DNA of 46,412 nucleotides, taken from the IMG/VR virus record IMGVR_UViG_3300042477_000093, positions 1-46,412 of that record. One strand, written 5' to 3'. The notes beneath the pieces are model-generated. The model saw only the letters and a list, made by a program, of their open reading frames with translations, was not told the origin of the DNA and searched no databases. The stretch comes from a virus (Duplodnaviria; Caudoviricetes). Positions 45,629 to 46,412 of this stretch are shown here, in pieces. Position numbers and translations under genes: made by a program. Position 1 is the first letter of the stretch; every line of letters starts with the position of its first letter.

Positions 45629-45655
45629 AAAGAAAAAGCCACCCGAAGGTGGCTT
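45629..45655 (-). terminator. rho-independent terminator after the major capsid gene
   Basis: AAGCCACC-TTCG-GGTGGCTT followed by TTTCTTT. Confidence 0.85.
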
Positions 45656-45688
45656 CCAAACCAAGCTAAGTGCTTGATTTTATTGGTA

Positions 45689-46412
45689 TTAGGCTCCTTG
45701 CGAGCCGAAGATACCTAACGGATCCGAGACTCCAAACGAGTAACGCTCTCTCGCTTTATATCTTACGTTACCGGTATCGAAGTCCCCGTCCATTCCAGTC
45801 TGCATGGGTGTCCGCACAAAGTGCTTCAATCCATTGGGCACGTCGGTGGTAAGGAACCAGCCGTTGGTGTCAGTCAAGAAGTGGTTGATGGTGTATCCCT
45901 CGGGGATCGAACCATTGTTCTTGATGGCGTTGATATCGTTGTTGTTGGTGCCGACGCGGAGTTCGGTTTCCAACAGACGAGTTGCCACGAACTGGAGGTT
46001 CGGAGGAACGATGAGCTTGCGTGGGCGAGCTGCGATCAACAGACCACGTTCGTCCGTCCACCCTGCGATTTGAATGACCGCGTTTTCCAACGAAGTTTCA
46101 TTCAAGTCAGCCTGGGTAGCTGGCGTGTTGCTGTTTGTGCCGCCGGATACAAGAGGATGTGCTGTGGAGAACAGGGACTGGCCGTCACCGTATGTAACGG
46201 TAGTTGCCCATCCATTGTTCAACACGGCTGCTGCTTTCACCTGCTTGGTGTATGCCATGGCGCGTGCAAGTGCCTTGGTATAACGCGAGCTGAGCGAATC
46301 GTACAGGTTGTCTTCGATTGCCTCTTCGGTAATCGAAAAGCCCATAGCGATCGTCTCATGGGTGTAGCGAGCCGTCCAAGCTTCCTGTGCGTTGTCATAA
46401 GCAATCGCAGAG
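45689..46412 (-). CDS. major capsid protein, Mu gpT-like (5' end outside the window)
   Basis: FSITEEAIEDNLY, LFSTAHPL, KLIVPP, GDFDTGNVRYKARERYSFG motifs; followed by a strong terminator. Confidence 0.88.
   Translation of the reverse strand, partial: SAIAYDNAQEAWTARYTHETIAMGFSITEEAIEDNLYDSLSSRYTKALARAMAYTKQVKAAAVLNNGWATTVTYGDGQSLFSTAHPLVSGGTNSNTPATQADLNETSLENAVIQIAGWTDERGLLIAARPRKLIVPPNLQFVATRLLETELRVGTNNNDINAIKNNGSIPEGYTINHFLTDTNGWFLTTDVPNGLKHFVRTPMQTGMDGDFDTGNVRYKARERYSFGVSDPLGIFGSQGA

Noticed and set aside
44646-45659. Group I intron carrying the GIY-YIG gene, and the 337-aa ORF start at 45659
   Set aside because: The flanking genes are intact. The upstream extension runs through the terminator and promoter, so the real start is 45566.
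10927-46345. Many short + strand ORFs in the late region (e.g. 17202..17909, 28854..29453, 36121..36603)
   Set aside because: Antisense shadows of long low-complexity - strand genes, with no RBS or recognisable motifs.
1-46412. Self-targets of the TIGR spacers, tRNA genes, stop-codon recoding
   Set aside because: By eye I found only single 8-9-nt half matches (e.g. CGTTGACCA near 10117 and 44064), which are expected by chance, and no paired A+B site; an exhaustive search was not possible. No tRNA was recognised, and genes read normally in the standard code.

Overview
This window is about 46 kb of a tailed dsDNA phage genome. It has podovirus-like ejection and tail-tube genes and a Mu gpT-like capsid, and it resembles uncultured aquatic phages; the host cannot be determined from the sequence. 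Layout: a short leftward operon (1-3310), a rightward early/recombination operon (3383-10985) and a long leftward structural/lysis operon (10927 to the window end). The clearest system is at the left edge: a nuclease-less Nop/IS110-C-terminal-domain protein followed by a strict 36-nt dual-repeat, dual-spacer array, matching a TIGR-TasA RNA-guided DNA-binding locus (8 units visible, cut by the window edge). Other notable features: (i) a cassette-like library of small genes with constant DNA-repeat scaffolds and hypervariable inserts; (ii) three dispersed copies of a perfect 22-bp palindrome, two inside coding sequence; (iii) a 2417-aa serine-rich-repeat/mucin-like protein in the same genome as a GT60-like GlcNAc transferase and a 2OG-Fe(II) oxygenase; (iv) two structured cis-RNAs; (v) two free-standing GIY-YIG endonucleases; (vi) a large polyvalent ejection protein with ART-like and HExxH modules. 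All family calls come from motif recognition by eye, not database searches.
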